DNA of 64,000 nt from Myxococcales bacterium SG8_38 (GTDB lineage: Bacteria; Myxococcota_A; Polyangia; Polyangiales; Houyiibacteriaceae): assembly GCA_001303415.1 (NCBI GenBank), contig LJTN01000008.1:4695-68694 (forward strand). Reading direction: 5' to 3'. Positions 38,123-48,583 of the stretch are shown one piece after another; position 1 is the stretch's first letter, and the number at the start of each line of letters is the position of its first letter. The notes under the pieces were generated by a model. The model was not told the origin of the DNA. It searched no databases and was given only the letters and a program-made list of their open reading frames with translations. The translations under genes and the position numbers were made by a program.

Positions 38123-38731
38123 CTAAGGAGCTGCGGGCTCCGCGACGGTGCCCACGGCCGGGTTGGGCGGCATGGGCTGCGGAACGACGTTTGCAATCGG
38201 CGGCAACGTCCGCAGGAATGCAAAGACCGCCCGAAGATCCTCGTCCGTCATGTGCGAGTAGGCGGGCCAGGGCATGGGCGGCAAGACAGCGCGTCCGACC
38301 CCGAGATGCCGGCCGGTTCGTATCGTTTGGACGAACTGCTCTTCGGTCCACAGGCCCAATCCGTCCGGATGTGGGGTGAGATTGCTCGCGAAGGTGGTGC
38401 CCCACGGGCCGACCCAGACGGTCATGTCGTTGCTGGTGAGCGCACCCCATTGGTTGGGGCCGAGCGCCTGCGTTGGCACCGCCGCGACTTCGGCGCCCCC
38501 GTGATGGCCAGACAATCGAAGCGCCCGATCGGGCTCGGGTCCCTTGTCGGTGAAGACCTTGGGGGAATGACAATCATCGCAGCCCGCGATCCACACCAGA
38601 TACTCGCCCCTCTTCGCGGGCGCCTGAGCCTCGGGGGGCGATGGGGAGGTGCACGAGAGTAACGAACAAAACGCCGCGCCTACCAGAGAGGATGCAACGG
38701 CGCGCCATGAAACGAATCGGTGTGGGTGCAT
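38123..38731 (-). CDS. c-type cytochrome lipoprotein (single CxxCH)
   Basis: Signal/lipobox AFCSLLSCTS, heme-binding motif CDDCH, and downstream PPMPW (a candidate Met ligand region). Confidence 0.7.
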   Translation of the reverse strand: MHPHRFVSWRAVASSLVGAAFCSLLSCTSPSPPEAQAPAKRGEYLVWIAGCDDCHSPKVFTDKGPEPDRALRLSGHHGGAEVAAVPTQALGPNQWGALTSNDMTVWVGPWGTTFASNLTPHPDGLGLWTEEQFVQTIRTGRHLGVGRAVLPPMPWPAYSHMTDEDLRAVFAFLRTLPPIANVVPQPMPPNPAVGTVAEPAAP

Positions 38732-38878
38732 TGGATTCTCCCGGTGTGTAACCCCAAGGCGGCCGAATGCTACATCCAAACGTTCCACCTCCAAAGACGC
38801 TTCTCGTCGCCGGGCAGAAGAAGAGACCGAGACGAGGTTTTGCTTCACTTTCCGGGTCCGTCCTTCTAGAACCCGGTC

Positions 38879-40243
38879 ATGCATCGTCTCTTGGGCATGG
38901 TCGCCGTCGCGACCGCGACTTCAATCGTTGCTTCCAATGCCGGGGGCCAAGACAGCGACCAAGCGTTCCAAGGGTTCCTCGATGCGCTGCAAGCCTCGCG
39001 CGAGCTGGTGCTCCGAAGAACGCCCGAGGATGGGGCCGACCGCGCGGAAGGGCTCCGGCACATCATTCGGCTGATCGAGATGCAAAACGCGCCCGCCACC
39101 GACGATCATGACCCGGCCAATCCACACGTGTCCCGTTGTCCGAGCGTCGTCTGCAAGCTCGGTTTCGACAATCCCGACTTCACATACATCAACGTCGCGC
39201 CCATCAGCGCGGAGTACACGTACCGCATCTACGGCAAGTGTGGCACCGTGCCCTACATCAGCATGCAGATCTTCGATAATCCGCTCGGCGGGGAGGTCTT
39301 CATGACGTCAGAAGACCTCATCGTGGAGCCTGATGGGAGCTACGAGATCATCCTCAGCATCACCCCCCACGAGGGCAACTGGATGGAGCTCGAGCCGGGC
39401 GCGCAGCGGTTCATTCTCCGAAACGGGTTTTACGACTGGAACGAGGAAATCGAAGCCAGCGTGCAGGTCGAGGTGCTCGAAGGTCCGATGAGCGGCCCGG
39501 TGGCGCATCTCACGCCGAGCGAGCTCACCTCGGACTTGGCCGCGTTGTCACTTCGCTTGGCAACGATTCCTGCGACCATCCAAAACGCGCGCGACGGATG
39601 GCCGCTCAATGACCTCAACGAGCCCGATCCCCTGGCGTTTGGAATTGCTGGCGCCGGGGTCCCAAGCGCCGTCAGCAGCGCCGGACGCTACGAGGTCGCC
39701 GACGACGAGGCATTGATCATCGAGACGCCGGTGCCCGACGTGATTCACGGAGGCATTCAGCTCGGCAACGTGTGGGTGGAGTCTCTCGACTATCAAACCA
39801 GGCAGACCTCGCTCAACTGGTTCCAATCGACGCCCGACACCGACGGCGTGATTCGATACGTCCTCGCGCATGGTGATCCAGGCGTGCCGAACTGGCTCGA
39901 CATCTCGGGCCACCCGAGGGGCAGCATCTTCATGCGCTGGCAAAGCCCCCCGGACAATCGCTACCCGGAAAAGCCGACGGTCACGCTCGTCCCTTTCGAT
40001 CAGATCCGCGCCTACCTTCCTTCAGATCATCCGACCGTCACGCCCCAAGCCCGCGCGGAGACGCTTGGCGAGCGCTATCGAGCGGTCAACAAGCGAAGGA
40101 ACCCGACCGCGCAATTCGACATGCAAGCGGCGACATCGAGCGATGGCGGCGGGTGCTCGACAGCCCGCGTGTCCGATGCGGATGGGGCTCTTTGGGTCTT
40201 GGCGGCGCTCCTTGGGGCATGGCTTCGGCGTCGCTCTCTCTGA
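38879..40243 (+). CDS. Secreted protein with a MYXO-CTERM-like C-terminal sorting tail
   Basis: 454 aa with a signal peptide. The C-terminus GGCSTARVSDADGALWVLAALLGAWLRRRSL has a Gly/Cys site, a hydrophobic helix and an Arg cluster. The central GNWMELEPGAQRFILRNGFYDW is faintly DUF1214-like. Confidence 0.68.
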   Translation: MHRLLGMVAVATATSIVASNAGGQDSDQAFQGFLDALQASRELVLRRTPEDGADRAEGLRHIIRLIEMQNAPATDDHDPANPHVSRCPSVVCKLGFDNPDFTYINVAPISAEYTYRIYGKCGTVPYISMQIFDNPLGGEVFMTSEDLIVEPDGSYEIILSITPHEGNWMELEPGAQRFILRNGFYDWNEEIEASVQVEVLEGPMSGPVAHLTPSELTSDLAALSLRLATIPATIQNARDGWPLNDLNEPDPLAFGIAGAGVPSAVSSAGRYEVADDEALIIETPVPDVIHGGIQLGNVWVESLDYQTRQTSLNWFQSTPDTDGVIRYVLAHGDPGVPNWLDISGHPRGSIFMRWQSPPDNRYPEKPTVTLVPFDQIRAYLPSDHPTVTPQARAETLGERYRAVNKRRNPTAQFDMQAATSSDGGGCSTARVSDADGALWVLAALLGAWLRRRSL

Positions 40244-40276
40244 TGGGACCGGCCGGATAGCTGCTACACTGGTCTC

Positions 40277-41107
40277 ATGCGGGGGGAAGCACTGTTGTTG
40301 GCGGTGGCGCTCCTGAGTGGGTGCGAGAGCCGGGCGGCCGTCGAGCGTACGCGTACGCGCCTCCGCGAAGCAGACCTGCCGCGGGTGCAGGCGCTCGTCG
40401 AGCAGGACCTGCAAAACCACCAGGCCGGGGTCGTGAAGGCGGCCGACAAGCTCGGGCCGGGCTTCGCGGTCAGGGATCCCGCTGACCGCGAATCACAAGT
40501 GCGAGCTGCCTTGAAGATTCTTCAGCAACCCAAGAAAGGGATTGATGAATTCGTAGCGTCGCCGATGTCGTTCCTCGCTGCGATCGGACGCGATGGTGTC
40601 GTGATCGCGCGGGATCGCGAGCCCGATCGCATGGCGGGGCAGGACTACGGGTCACGCTTCGAGGTGGTGCGGAAGGCCCTCGGCGGCGCTGCCACGACGG
40701 GTCTCGGGGAGTTCTATGCCAAGGACCCCGAGGCGCCCTCGTCGTGGTCGATTCTCTTTGCGGCGCCGTCCCTGCGCGAAGGAGAGGTCGTGGGCGCCGT
40801 TCTGGCGGGCATTCCGCTTTCGCGGTTGGCGCAGCGCCTGAGCCGCCAGTTCCGCGTGGAGCAAACCGGGGGCGCGCCGGTGTGGGTGTACCTCTACAAA
40901 GGAGAGCGCCTCTTTCACTGGGACACGCCTCCGGAGGTGGATGCGCTCATTCGCGATCCGGCGGCGAGGGCAAAGGGCCTTGCCGCCTCTCCTTCCGGTT
41001 ACACGGAGACGGCGCGTCTCCAGGGTGAGCTCCAGGTGTATGGCGCGTTTCCGATCGAGCTGCTCGGTCCCGACGTCGGCACGATCATCGTCCGCTCGCC
41101 TGAGTGA
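40277..41107 (+). CDS. Hypothetical lipoprotein
   Basis: 276 aa. Lipobox LAVALLSGCES. The next gene starts 4 nt downstream. Confidence 0.6.
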   Translation: MRGEALLLAVALLSGCESRAAVERTRTRLREADLPRVQALVEQDLQNHQAGVVKAADKLGPGFAVRDPADRESQVRAALKILQQPKKGIDEFVASPMSFLAAIGRDGVVIARDREPDRMAGQDYGSRFEVVRKALGGAATTGLGEFYAKDPEAPSSWSILFAAPSLREGEVVGAVLAGIPLSRLAQRLSRQFRVEQTGGAPVWVYLYKGERLFHWDTPPEVDALIRDPAARAKGLAASPSGYTETARLQGELQVYGAFPIELLGPDVGTIIVRSPE

Positions 41108-41110
41108 AGT

Positions 41111-43132
41111 TTGACCCGTTGCAACGGGCTGAAGAACACTAGCGCCGTGTCGCGGTCCTGGAGCGCCGGAATCTGTGCGGCCGCCTTCTTCGTAGTGGGC
41201 GCGTTCCCGCTCTACAGCGTCGACGCCTACGGACATCTCGCCCAGGGTCGCCAGATCGACGAGCTCGGGGGCGTTCCCAAGGTGGACCTCTTCTCGTTTT
41301 GGAAGCCCGAGCCCCAACCGTGGAGCAACTACGAGTGGGCCTATGACCTCGTCACCTGGCTGATGTATGACGCCTGGGGGCCCAACGCCCTCATCGCGGC
41401 CAAGTGTCTCTTGCTTGCCGTGCTCGGGCATGTGCTGGTCCTCCTCGGGCACCGGCTCGCAGGAGGCGCGGAGGCAGCGGCGCAGCTCACTGCGACGGTC
41501 GCGATTTTCTTCTCTCCGCTTGCTCGAATTCGGTTCACGGTCCGGCCGCAGATCATCGGCCTGGTGTTCCCCGCGCTTCTTCTCTTGGGCATCGCCACGC
41601 TGTTTACGGAGCAGGCTTCGGCCCGCCGCAAGCGCTGGGTGGTGGCGGGCCTGGGGCTCATGCAGGTGGTTTGGGTCAACTTCCACGGATCGCATTTGTT
41701 GGGTCTCCTGGTGGGGCTCGTGTTTCTCGCTTTTTCGATCCGCACCACCGCGTTTGCCTCCATGGCGCTGCTCGTCGTCTTGCAGCTCGCAGCGATGGCG
41801 CTGACCCCGTTCGGGCTCGATATCGTCACCGACGCCATCGCACACGTCTTGCGCCCCGAATACCGAGACGTGGTCATCGAGTGGGGGCCCTGGTCGCCCG
41901 CGCATCCGCTCTATCTCTTGTTGGGGCCAGTCGCGGCGGCCGTGCTCGTCCTCTTCGCCATGCGGCCGGTAACCCGGTCCAGCCAGTACGGCCTGGCCTA
42001 TGGGGTGCTGTGTGTGGTCCTCAGCCTCATGGCCTTCCGGTCCATACGCTTCGTCGCTCACCAGCTGCTGTTCACCGCGCCCTTCGTTGCGGCGGGGCTC
42101 GCACAGCTCGAGTGGCTTCGAGGTTTTCGACGGCTGGCCCCTGCCGCCATCGGGTTTTCCGTGATCTGGGCGGTGCTCGCATCGCCCCGGCTCGAGCCCT
42201 TCGTGCCCATCGGCTTCGGGGAGCCGAGGCTCGGGCACGCGTTCGCGGCCGCCGACGTGATCAACCAGCACGTTCGAGAGCCCCGCATCCTAGCGCCGAT
42301 CCAGGACAGTTGGCCCTTGATGTTTGCCGTGCCCGAGGGCCGATTTCTAGTCGACGGACGGGTGCCTTTCTACGGGCCCGAGTTCGTTCGTCACGTGACC
42401 AACAGCTTCAGCGACCCGCCCGTCTTCGCTACGCTGCTAGAACGGTTCGACGTCAATACGGTGGTCGTCGACCACATTCGGAGCGGGCAAGCCCCTGCAG
42501 TCGAGTATCTGTGGCGCTCTCCGGCTTGGGAGCTCGGACAGGTGCAGGATCGGCATTCGCTATTCGTGCGCGTCGGAAGCGCTCCCTCCATGACGCCGCT
42601 CGAAGTGGTAGGCCCGGGATTCCGGGTCGGACGCCTCCTCGATTCGGACGTGTCGGAAACCGACATCGAGCGTGAGATGAAGAGGATAGGGAATCACGCC
42701 AACGCGAAGGCGATCCAGGGTTGGCTCGAGGGGTTGCGCTTGCTGCGGCCGCTGGCGCGCGAGGGCGCCCACGCGGGGCTGCGAAGGTACGCAACGCCCA
42801 CCGAGCGCGACATGGCACGGTCAGCCTACGATTCATTGTCGGCGGCGGCCGAAGTCTATCCCGGCTTCACGACGATCGAGCTCTACCGTGCGATGGCGGC
42901 GATGGCCGCCTGCGATCTTCCGAAAGCACGCGAGGCCCTCGGGCGGGCACAGTACTCCGGTGAGACTCGGGAGACGTCGCTCGTCGCCCTCGAGCTGGCC
43001 CTGCGCGCTCCGAACGGAGCAGGACGCCTCGAGGCAAAAGCCCGCCTCGACCGCCTTCTCGCCCATCCCCAAGCCGGGCGCGATTCTTGGGTGGCTGCCA
43101 TCGCACGCGACCTCGATGCTCGCTGCGACTGA
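41111..43132 (+). CDS. Polytopic membrane protein with a soluble C-terminal domain (possibly GT-C-like)
   Basis: 673 aa with a non-ATG start. About ten hydrophobic helices in the first ~390 aa, an Asp-containing first loop (YSVDAYGHL), and a helical-repeat C-terminal half. The function call is weak. Confidence 0.6.
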   Translation: MTRCNGLKNTSAVSRSWSAGICAAAFFVVGAFPLYSVDAYGHLAQGRQIDELGGVPKVDLFSFWKPEPQPWSNYEWAYDLVTWLMYDAWGPNALIAAKCLLLAVLGHVLVLLGHRLAGGAEAAAQLTATVAIFFSPLARIRFTVRPQIIGLVFPALLLLGIATLFTEQASARRKRWVVAGLGLMQVVWVNFHGSHLLGLLVGLVFLAFSIRTTAFASMALLVVLQLAAMALTPFGLDIVTDAIAHVLRPEYRDVVIEWGPWSPAHPLYLLLGPVAAAVLVLFAMRPVTRSSQYGLAYGVLCVVLSLMAFRSIRFVAHQLLFTAPFVAAGLAQLEWLRGFRRLAPAAIGFSVIWAVLASPRLEPFVPIGFGEPRLGHAFAAADVINQHVREPRILAPIQDSWPLMFAVPEGRFLVDGRVPFYGPEFVRHVTNSFSDPPVFATLLERFDVNTVVVDHIRSGQAPAVEYLWRSPAWELGQVQDRHSLFVRVGSAPSMTPLEVVGPGFRVGRLLDSDVSETDIEREMKRIGNHANAKAIQGWLEGLRLLRPLAREGAHAGLRRYATPTERDMARSAYDSLSAAAEVYPGFTTIELYRAMAAMAACDLPKAREALGRAQYSGETRETSLVALELALRAPNGAGRLEAKARLDRLLAHPQAGRDSWVAAIARDLDARCD

Positions 43133-43138
43133 GCAGCC

Positions 43139-43864
43139 TCATTCAGGTGGCGTCAGGCGATCGAGCGCCTCGGCCGGTGACATGCTGAGCTGCCAGGGCG
43201 CGAAGACGGTCGGCTCGGCCACGGCCGCGCGCCAGACGCGCAGGAAGCGGTCACGGGGCCACATGGTCGCGCCAAAACGGGAGAGGTGCTCGGTGTGCAC
43301 TTGGCAATCGACGATCCGGAAGCCCCAGGTCACCAAGTGACCGAGAAGCGTCGTAAACGCGATCTTCGAGGCATCGGGCTCGGACGCGAACATCGATTCA
43401 CCTGAGAACGTGGTGCCCAACGCGACACCGTAGAGGCCGCCCACGAGCCGATCGCCGCGCCATGCCTCGATGCTGTGCGCGTAGCCGAGCTCGTGGAGCC
43501 CGAGGTAGCCTTCACGCAGCTCGTGCGTGATCCACGTGCCACGCTGATGCGGCCGGGGGACGGCGGCGCAGGCGGTAATCACTTTCGCAAAGGCCGTGTC
43601 GGCCGTCACGCGGAGCTGACCCCGGCGGATCGCCTTTCTGAGAGAGCGTGAGACGTGTGCCTGCGACGGCTCGAGCGCAAAGCGTGGATCGGGCGAGAAC
43701 CACAAGAGCGGATAGCCTCGTGCAGGCCACGGAAAAATGCCGTGCCGGTAAGCGACCAGCAACCGCTCCGGAGACAGATCTCCACCGACCGCGACGATGC
43801 CCTCCTCGTTGGCATCCTCGGGCGCAGGAAACGAAAGCTCCTTGTCGAGTAGGTACACGGGCAT
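43139..43864 (-). CDS. aat: Leucyl/phenylalanyl-tRNA--protein transferase
   Basis: 241 aa. LLVAYRHGIFPW, RGTWITHELREGY and SGESMF segments are typical of Aat. Confidence 0.92.
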   Translation of the reverse strand: MPVYLLDKELSFPAPEDANEEGIVAVGGDLSPERLLVAYRHGIFPWPARGYPLLWFSPDPRFALEPSQAHVSRSLRKAIRRGQLRVTADTAFAKVITACAAVPRPHQRGTWITHELREGYLGLHELGYAHSIEAWRGDRLVGGLYGVALGTTFSGESMFASEPDASKIAFTTLLGHLVTWGFRIVDCQVHTEHLSRFGATMWPRDRFLRVWRAAVAEPTVFAPWQLSMSPAEALDRLTPPE

Positions 43865-43914
43865 CGGCGAGGGCGAAGCCTAGCGCAAGGCGGGCGTGGA
43901 CGGTCTCTGCGGGC

Positions 43915-46212
43915 TCAGGCTTGCCCGGGAGGTGCGTTCGTTTCGTGGAAAGACAGCGAGATGTCGCCGCCCTCGACGTCCGCGAATGCCGCGCCGCCTT
44001 CCTTGAGGTCTCCGAAGACCATTGCTTCGGCCAGCGGCTTCTTGAGCTTTTGCTCCACGAGACGCGACATGGGCCGTGCGCCCATTTGCGGATCGTATCC
44101 GTGCTCGGCGAGCCATTCACGCGCCGCATCGCTGAGCTCGAGGCGTACGTGCTTCTCGGCAAGCATGTCGCGGAGCAAGTCGACCTCCTTGTCGACCACC
44201 TTTCGAATGATCTCCCGGGGCAAGCCGCTGAAATAGACCACGGCGTCGAGTCGGTTGCGGAACTCGGGAGTGAAGATGCGCTCGATGGCTTGGCGAGCGC
44301 GGCCGGTTGCGAAGTCCTTGGGCGAATCGGTGCCGAGGAAACCGACGACCTTCTCGGTGGCCTCGAAGGCTCCCGCATTCGTGGTCATCACCAGCACGAT
44401 GTTGCGGAAATCCGCTTCGCGGCCGTTGTTGTCGGTGAGCTTGGCGTGATCCATCACCTGCAACAGGATGTTGAACAGCTCGGGGTGTGCTTTTTCGATT
44501 TCGTCGAGAATCACGACCGCGTGCGGATGCTTGCGAACGGCATCGGTGAGCAGGCCGCCCTGGTCGAAACCGACGTACCCCGGAGGGGCGCCGATCAATC
44601 GCGACACCGAGTGGCGCTCGCTGTATTCGCTCATGTCGAAACGAATGAGCTCGACGCCCATCACCCGCGCGAGCTGACGGGCCAGCTCGGTCTTGCCGAC
44701 GCCGGTTGGTCCGGCGAACAAGAAAGAGCCGATCGGCTTGTTGTCTGCGCGTAGGCCGGCGCGTGCGAGCGTAATCGCGCTGACGACCTTTTCGACTGCG
44801 TCGTCTTGGCCGAAGATGACCTTTCGCAGCTCCGGGCCCAGCTCCTTGAGCTGATCGCGCTCCTTCGCGCTGACGGATTCGACCGGTACCCTGGCCATCT
44901 TGCTGACGACCCTTTCGATTTCCCGCACGGTGATGCGATGCGTGCGCTCTTCGGCGGGGCGCATCCGCTCGAGCGAGCCGGCTTCGTCGATGACGTCGAT
45001 GGCTTTGTCCGGCAGGAAACGCTCCACGATGTGCTTGTGCGCGAGGTGCGCGGCGGCTTCGAGCGCCTCGTCGTCGTATTTCACGTCGTGATGCTCTTCG
45101 TAGTACTGACGCAGCCCCTTGAGGATCTCGATGGTGTCTTCGAGGCTCGGCTCGTGCACCTCGATCTTCTGGAAGCGGCGAGCCAGTGCCCGGTCACGCT
45201 CCAGATGCTTGAAGTCCGCGTATGTCGTCGAGCCGAGGCACCGAAGCCTGCCCGAGGCGAGGGCGGGCTTGAGAATGTTGGAGGCATCCATCGAGCTGCC
45301 GGTGGTCGCACCCGCACCCACGATGGTGTGGATTTCGTCGATGAAAAGAATCGCGTTGTCGAGCTCCTGCAACCGCCTCATCACGGCTTTGAGCCGCTCT
45401 TCGAATTGTCCGCGGAACTTCGTGCCGGCGAGGAGGGCGCCCATGTCGAGCGAGTAGATCTGGGCGTCTTCGAGAATCTCGGGAACGCCTCCTTCGTACA
45501 CCCGTCGCGCAAGGCCCTCGGCGATGGCGGTCTTGCCGACGCCCGGCTCACCCACGAACACCGGATTGTTCTTTCGACGCCGGCACAGCACCTGCACGGT
45601 TCGGTCGAGCTCTTCCTCGCGCCCGATCAGCGGATCGATTCGTCCTTCGGCAGCCTCCGCGACCAAATCGGTGGCAAATGCTTCCAACGGGTCGCGTCCG
45701 AGCACCGCGTCACCATCGTCCTCGTCGAAGTCCGCTTCGGTGTAGTCGTCGCTTTCGCCGGGGACGATGTCCGTCCCCACGCCGTGCGAGATGAAGCGCT
45801 TGAGGTCGAGCGGGCTGAGCCCTTCGTCCTGTAACAGAAACGCCGCATAGGACTCCTCTTCCTTGAGGAGCTGGACGAGCACGTTGCCCCCATCAATCGT
45901 CTGCATCTCGGAAGAAATCGCATGGATGGCGGCACGCTGAAGCACCCGCTCGACGGCCAGGGTCTGCCTGGGTTCCACGGTGACGCTCTCGGGCACACGC
46001 GTCAGGCGATCCTGAATGAACTGCTCGAGCCGCCTCCGCAGCCTCCGGAGGTCGGCCCCGCAGGCACGTAGCGCTTTCGACGCCTTCGGATCCTCGGTGA
46101 GCGCCAGCAGCACATGCTCGAGCGTCACGTACTCGTGACGCATCAGCCCCGCGCGGTCGAATGCCTTCCGCAGGGTCGCTTGAAGCTCTTTGTCGATGAC
46201 GGGCCCAGCCAT
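43915..46212 (-). CDS. clpA: ATP-dependent Clp protease ATP-binding subunit ClpA
   Basis: 765 aa. Clp N-domain and two AAA+ modules ([15 protein letters not shown]; [17 protein letters not shown]), with no long ClpB-type middle domain. Confidence 0.97.
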   Translation of the reverse strand: MAGPVIDKELQATLRKAFDRAGLMRHEYVTLEHVLLALTEDPKASKALRACGADLRRLRRRLEQFIQDRLTRVPESVTVEPRQTLAVERVLQRAAIHAISSEMQTIDGGNVLVQLLKEEESYAAFLLQDEGLSPLDLKRFISHGVGTDIVPGESDDYTEADFDEDDGDAVLGRDPLEAFATDLVAEAAEGRIDPLIGREEELDRTVQVLCRRRKNNPVFVGEPGVGKTAIAEGLARRVYEGGVPEILEDAQIYSLDMGALLAGTKFRGQFEERLKAVMRRLQELDNAILFIDEIHTIVGAGATTGSSMDASNILKPALASGRLRCLGSTTYADFKHLERDRALARRFQKIEVHEPSLEDTIEILKGLRQYYEEHHDVKYDDEALEAAAHLAHKHIVERFLPDKAIDVIDEAGSLERMRPAEERTHRITVREIERVVSKMARVPVESVSAKERDQLKELGPELRKVIFGQDDAVEKVVSAITLARAGLRADNKPIGSFLFAGPTGVGKTELARQLARVMGVELIRFDMSEYSERHSVSRLIGAPPGYVGFDQGGLLTDAVRKHPHAVVILDEIEKAHPELFNILLQVMDHAKLTDNNGREADFRNIVLVMTTNAGAFEATEKVVGFLGTDSPKDFATGRARQAIERIFTPEFRNRLDAVVYFSGLPREIIRKVVDKEVDLLRDMLAEKHVRLELSDAAREWLAEHGYDPQMGARPMSRLVEQKLKKPLAEAMVFGDLKEGGAAFADVEGGDISLSFHETNAPPGQA

Positions 46213-46215
46213 GGT

Positions 46216-46548
46216 CTACGCGTCTTCCTGTTCCTCGGGCTCCATCGTCAGACGGAGCGGAAATTCGTGCTCTCGGGCCAAGTGCTCGACCCGCTGGATT
46301 TTGGTTTCGGCGACCTCGCGCGTGAATACGCCAGCCACGCCGATTCCGTTGTGATGGACGTGGAGCATGATGCGGATCGCGTCCTGCTCTCCGAGGTGAA
46401 AGACGGTTTGCAGGACGTGCACGACGAATTCTCTTGTTGTGTAGTCATCATTGTGCAGAAGGACGCGATAGAGCCTCGGCCGTTTGAGCTTCTTCTGGGG
46501 CTTGACCTCGGTAATTGTCCCAGCGTCGTTCTCGAACCTTTCCGGCAT
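46216..46548 (-). CDS. clpS: ClpS adaptor of the N-degron pathway
   Basis: 110 aa. LYRVLLHNDDYTTREFVVHVL core. Stop lies 3 nt before the clpA start. Confidence 0.95.
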   Translation of the reverse strand: MPERFENDAGTITEVKPQKKLKRPRLYRVLLHNDDYTTREFVVHVLQTVFHLGEQDAIRIMLHVHHNGIGVAGVFTREVAETKIQRVEHLAREHEFPLRLTMEPEEQEDA

Positions 46549-46642
46549 ATCCCATTCTAGCGCGATCCCCCGCTCAGCCCAGAGCTGGCGGACCCCGCGC
46601 TTCGACCCAATCTAAAGCCGGAATCCGAGATGCGCTAGGGGG

Positions 46643-47065
46643 TCACTGAAGCAGCAGCCGAAGGAAGAAACGCTGATTTTGGGTGTTGCGGATGGTGACG
46701 GTCGCGTCGTTCACGTCTTCGATTACGAAGCTATCGCCCGAGCCCAACGTGGCATAGGAGCCATCCGGGTCGAAGGAAATGTAACCCACGACGAAGCTCG
46801 GCGCGGTGCTCAGCGGATGCGCGATCTCGTACCTGCTGCATCCTCGGAACTCGAGCCAATAGCACTGCTCCTCGGTGATCGGGGGCAGGGGGTGGGACTG
46901 CCACACCCCATCGGCGTCGACCATGCTGCAGGGCAGCTCGCTCGCCGGGACGACCCGGTCCTCCGGATCCCCACAGGGATCCCCGCAGCCGATGCCGGCG
47001 GCGACGACGAGCAGCCCCGCCGAAAGCCCTGCAAGCCTAGTCATCCGCATCTGCGCCTTTTTCAT
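46643..47065 (-). CDS. Hypothetical lipoprotein
   Basis: Signal/lipobox LLVVAAGIGCG. The start is ambiguous (ATGs at 47065, 47050, 47044). Only the last avoids overlap with the upstream gene. Confidence 0.55.
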   Translation of the reverse strand: MKKAQMRMTRLAGLSAGLLVVAAGIGCGDPCGDPEDRVVPASELPCSMVDADGVWQSHPLPPITEEQCYWLEFRGCSRYEIAHPLSTAPSFVVGYISFDPDGSYATLGSGDSFVIEDVNDATVTIRNTQNQRFFLRLLLQ

Positions 47066-48578
47066 AGTATGTGCGCGCCGTCGCGACCAGCGATTCGATC
47101 GACTGATCAGTCGACGTGGCGGTCACTCGAAGGCCGAGATGCTCCGCCGTGCGGGTCGTGACCGGGCCGATTGAGAATAGATCGAGCGCATTCAGACGCG
47201 CCGCTCCGTCATCGCCCAGGACCTCGACCAGGTTCTCTACGGTGGAAGAAGAGGTGAAGAGAACGAGGTCGATCTCCTCGGAGTCGACCAGGCTTCGGAT
47301 CCGCTCGATGTCCCGGGGCTCCGGTGGCAGGTTGCGATACGCCACGACGACGTCGACGACCGCACCGGCTTCACGGAGCGAGTCTGGCAGAACCTCGCGG
47401 GCGACCTCGGCGCGCGTCAGCAACACGCGGGTCCCTGCGCTCATCTGCGGCCGCAGCGCGGCGACGACGCCCTCGGCGCGGGCTTCCCCGGGCACCAGGT
47501 CGGCTCGCACGCCGCGGGCTCGAAGCGCGGCCTGCGTTTTGGAACCGATGACGCAGATCTTGGCGCCGGCAAGGGCCCTCGCATCCAGCCCCGCCTCGTC
47601 GATCGTGGTGAACAGCGCATCGACCGTGTTCGCGCTCGTGAGCAACAGCCAGTCGTAGCGGTCGAGGTGCGCGACCGCGTCCCTCATGGGGCCGTCGTTC
47701 GACGGCGGCGCGATGCGAATGGTGGGAGCTAGAATCGGCTGCGCGCCCTCGTCCCTCAGGAGCGCGGAAAGCGATCCCGCTTGGCGCACGGCGCGCGTCA
47801 CCAGCACGCGCTTGCCAAACAGAGGTTTCGTGTCGAACCAACGGAGATTCTCCCGCAATCGCACAACGTCGCCGATGATGGTGAGCGCGGGAAGCCCCAT
47901 GTCGGCCTCCGAAGCGAGCTGATGAATGTTGGCGAGCGTGCCCACCACCGTGCGCTGCTTCGGCAGCGATGCCCATTGCACCACGGCTGCGGGGGTGTCG
48001 GCAGGCCTTCCATGGTCGATCAACAGCTTCGCGAGCGACTCGAGCTTGCGCATGCCCATGAAGATCACCAGCGTCTGTGTCGCGGTGGCGAGCTTGGACC
48101 AGTCGTGGCCCGTACGGTCCTTTTCGACGGATTCGGTCGCAGTTACGTACGCGACGCTCGAGGAAAGCTCTCGATGGGTGAGGGATAATCCTGCATAGGC
48201 CGTCGCGGCGAGCGGAGAGGGCACGCCGGGGACGACCTCGAACGGAATGCCCTCGGACGCCAAGAGCTCTGCTTCTTCCGAGCCGCGGCCGAAAAGATAC
48301 GGATCGCCTCCCTTGAGACGCACGACCGTCTTTCCTTCGCGTGCAGCCTGAACGAGCCGGCGATTGATCTCGGCCTGCCTTTGGCTGACCCGTCCGGCGC
48401 GTTTTCCGACGAAGACGAGCTCACAGCCCGGTTTGGTTGCCTCGAGTTGGTCGGGATGTACGAGCGCGTCGTACAAGACCACATCGGCCTCCCGCAGCCT
48501 TCGGAGCCCACGCGCGGTGATCAGCTCTGGATCGCCGGGGCCGGCACCCACCAAGTAGACTCTACCGGACGCGGCCAT
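47037..48578 (-). CDS. Uroporphyrinogen-III C-methyltransferase / uroporphyrinogen-III synthase fusion (CobA-HemD)
   Basis: 513 aa. The N-terminal SUMT motif VYLVGAGPGDPELIT and GGDPYLFGRG are followed by a HemD-like C-terminal half. Confidence 0.9.
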   Translation of the reverse strand: MAASGRVYLVGAGPGDPELITARGLRRLREADVVLYDALVHPDQLEATKPGCELVFVGKRAGRVSQRQAEINRRLVQAAREGKTVVRLKGGDPYLFGRGSEEAELLASEGIPFEVVPGVPSPLAATAYAGLSLTHRELSSSVAYVTATESVEKDRTGHDWSKLATATQTLVIFMGMRKLESLAKLLIDHGRPADTPAAVVQWASLPKQRTVVGTLANIHQLASEADMGLPALTIIGDVVRLRENLRWFDTKPLFGKRVLVTRAVRQAGSLSALLRDEGAQPILAPTIRIAPPSNDGPMRDAVAHLDRYDWLLLTSANTVDALFTTIDEAGLDARALAGAKICVIGSKTQAALRARGVRADLVPGEARAEGVVAALRPQMSAGTRVLLTRAEVAREVLPDSLREAGAVVDVVVAYRNLPPEPRDIERIRSLVDSEEIDLVLFTSSSTVENLVEVLGDDGAARLNALDLFSIGPVTTRTAEHLGLRVTATSTDQSIESLVATARTYYEKGADADD

Positions 48579-48583
48579 CTTGC

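Noticed and set aside
40652-42271. 539-aa ORF antisense to the lipoprotein and polytopic membrane protein genes
   Set aside because: The composition is extremely Arg/Glu/Pro/Gly-biased with no motifs. The sense strand encodes a coherent multi-TM protein.
43648-45834. 368-aa and 342-aa plus-strand ORFs opposite aat and clpA
   Set aside because: They are antisense to strongly recognisable aat/clpA genes and have no independent motif or start-site support.
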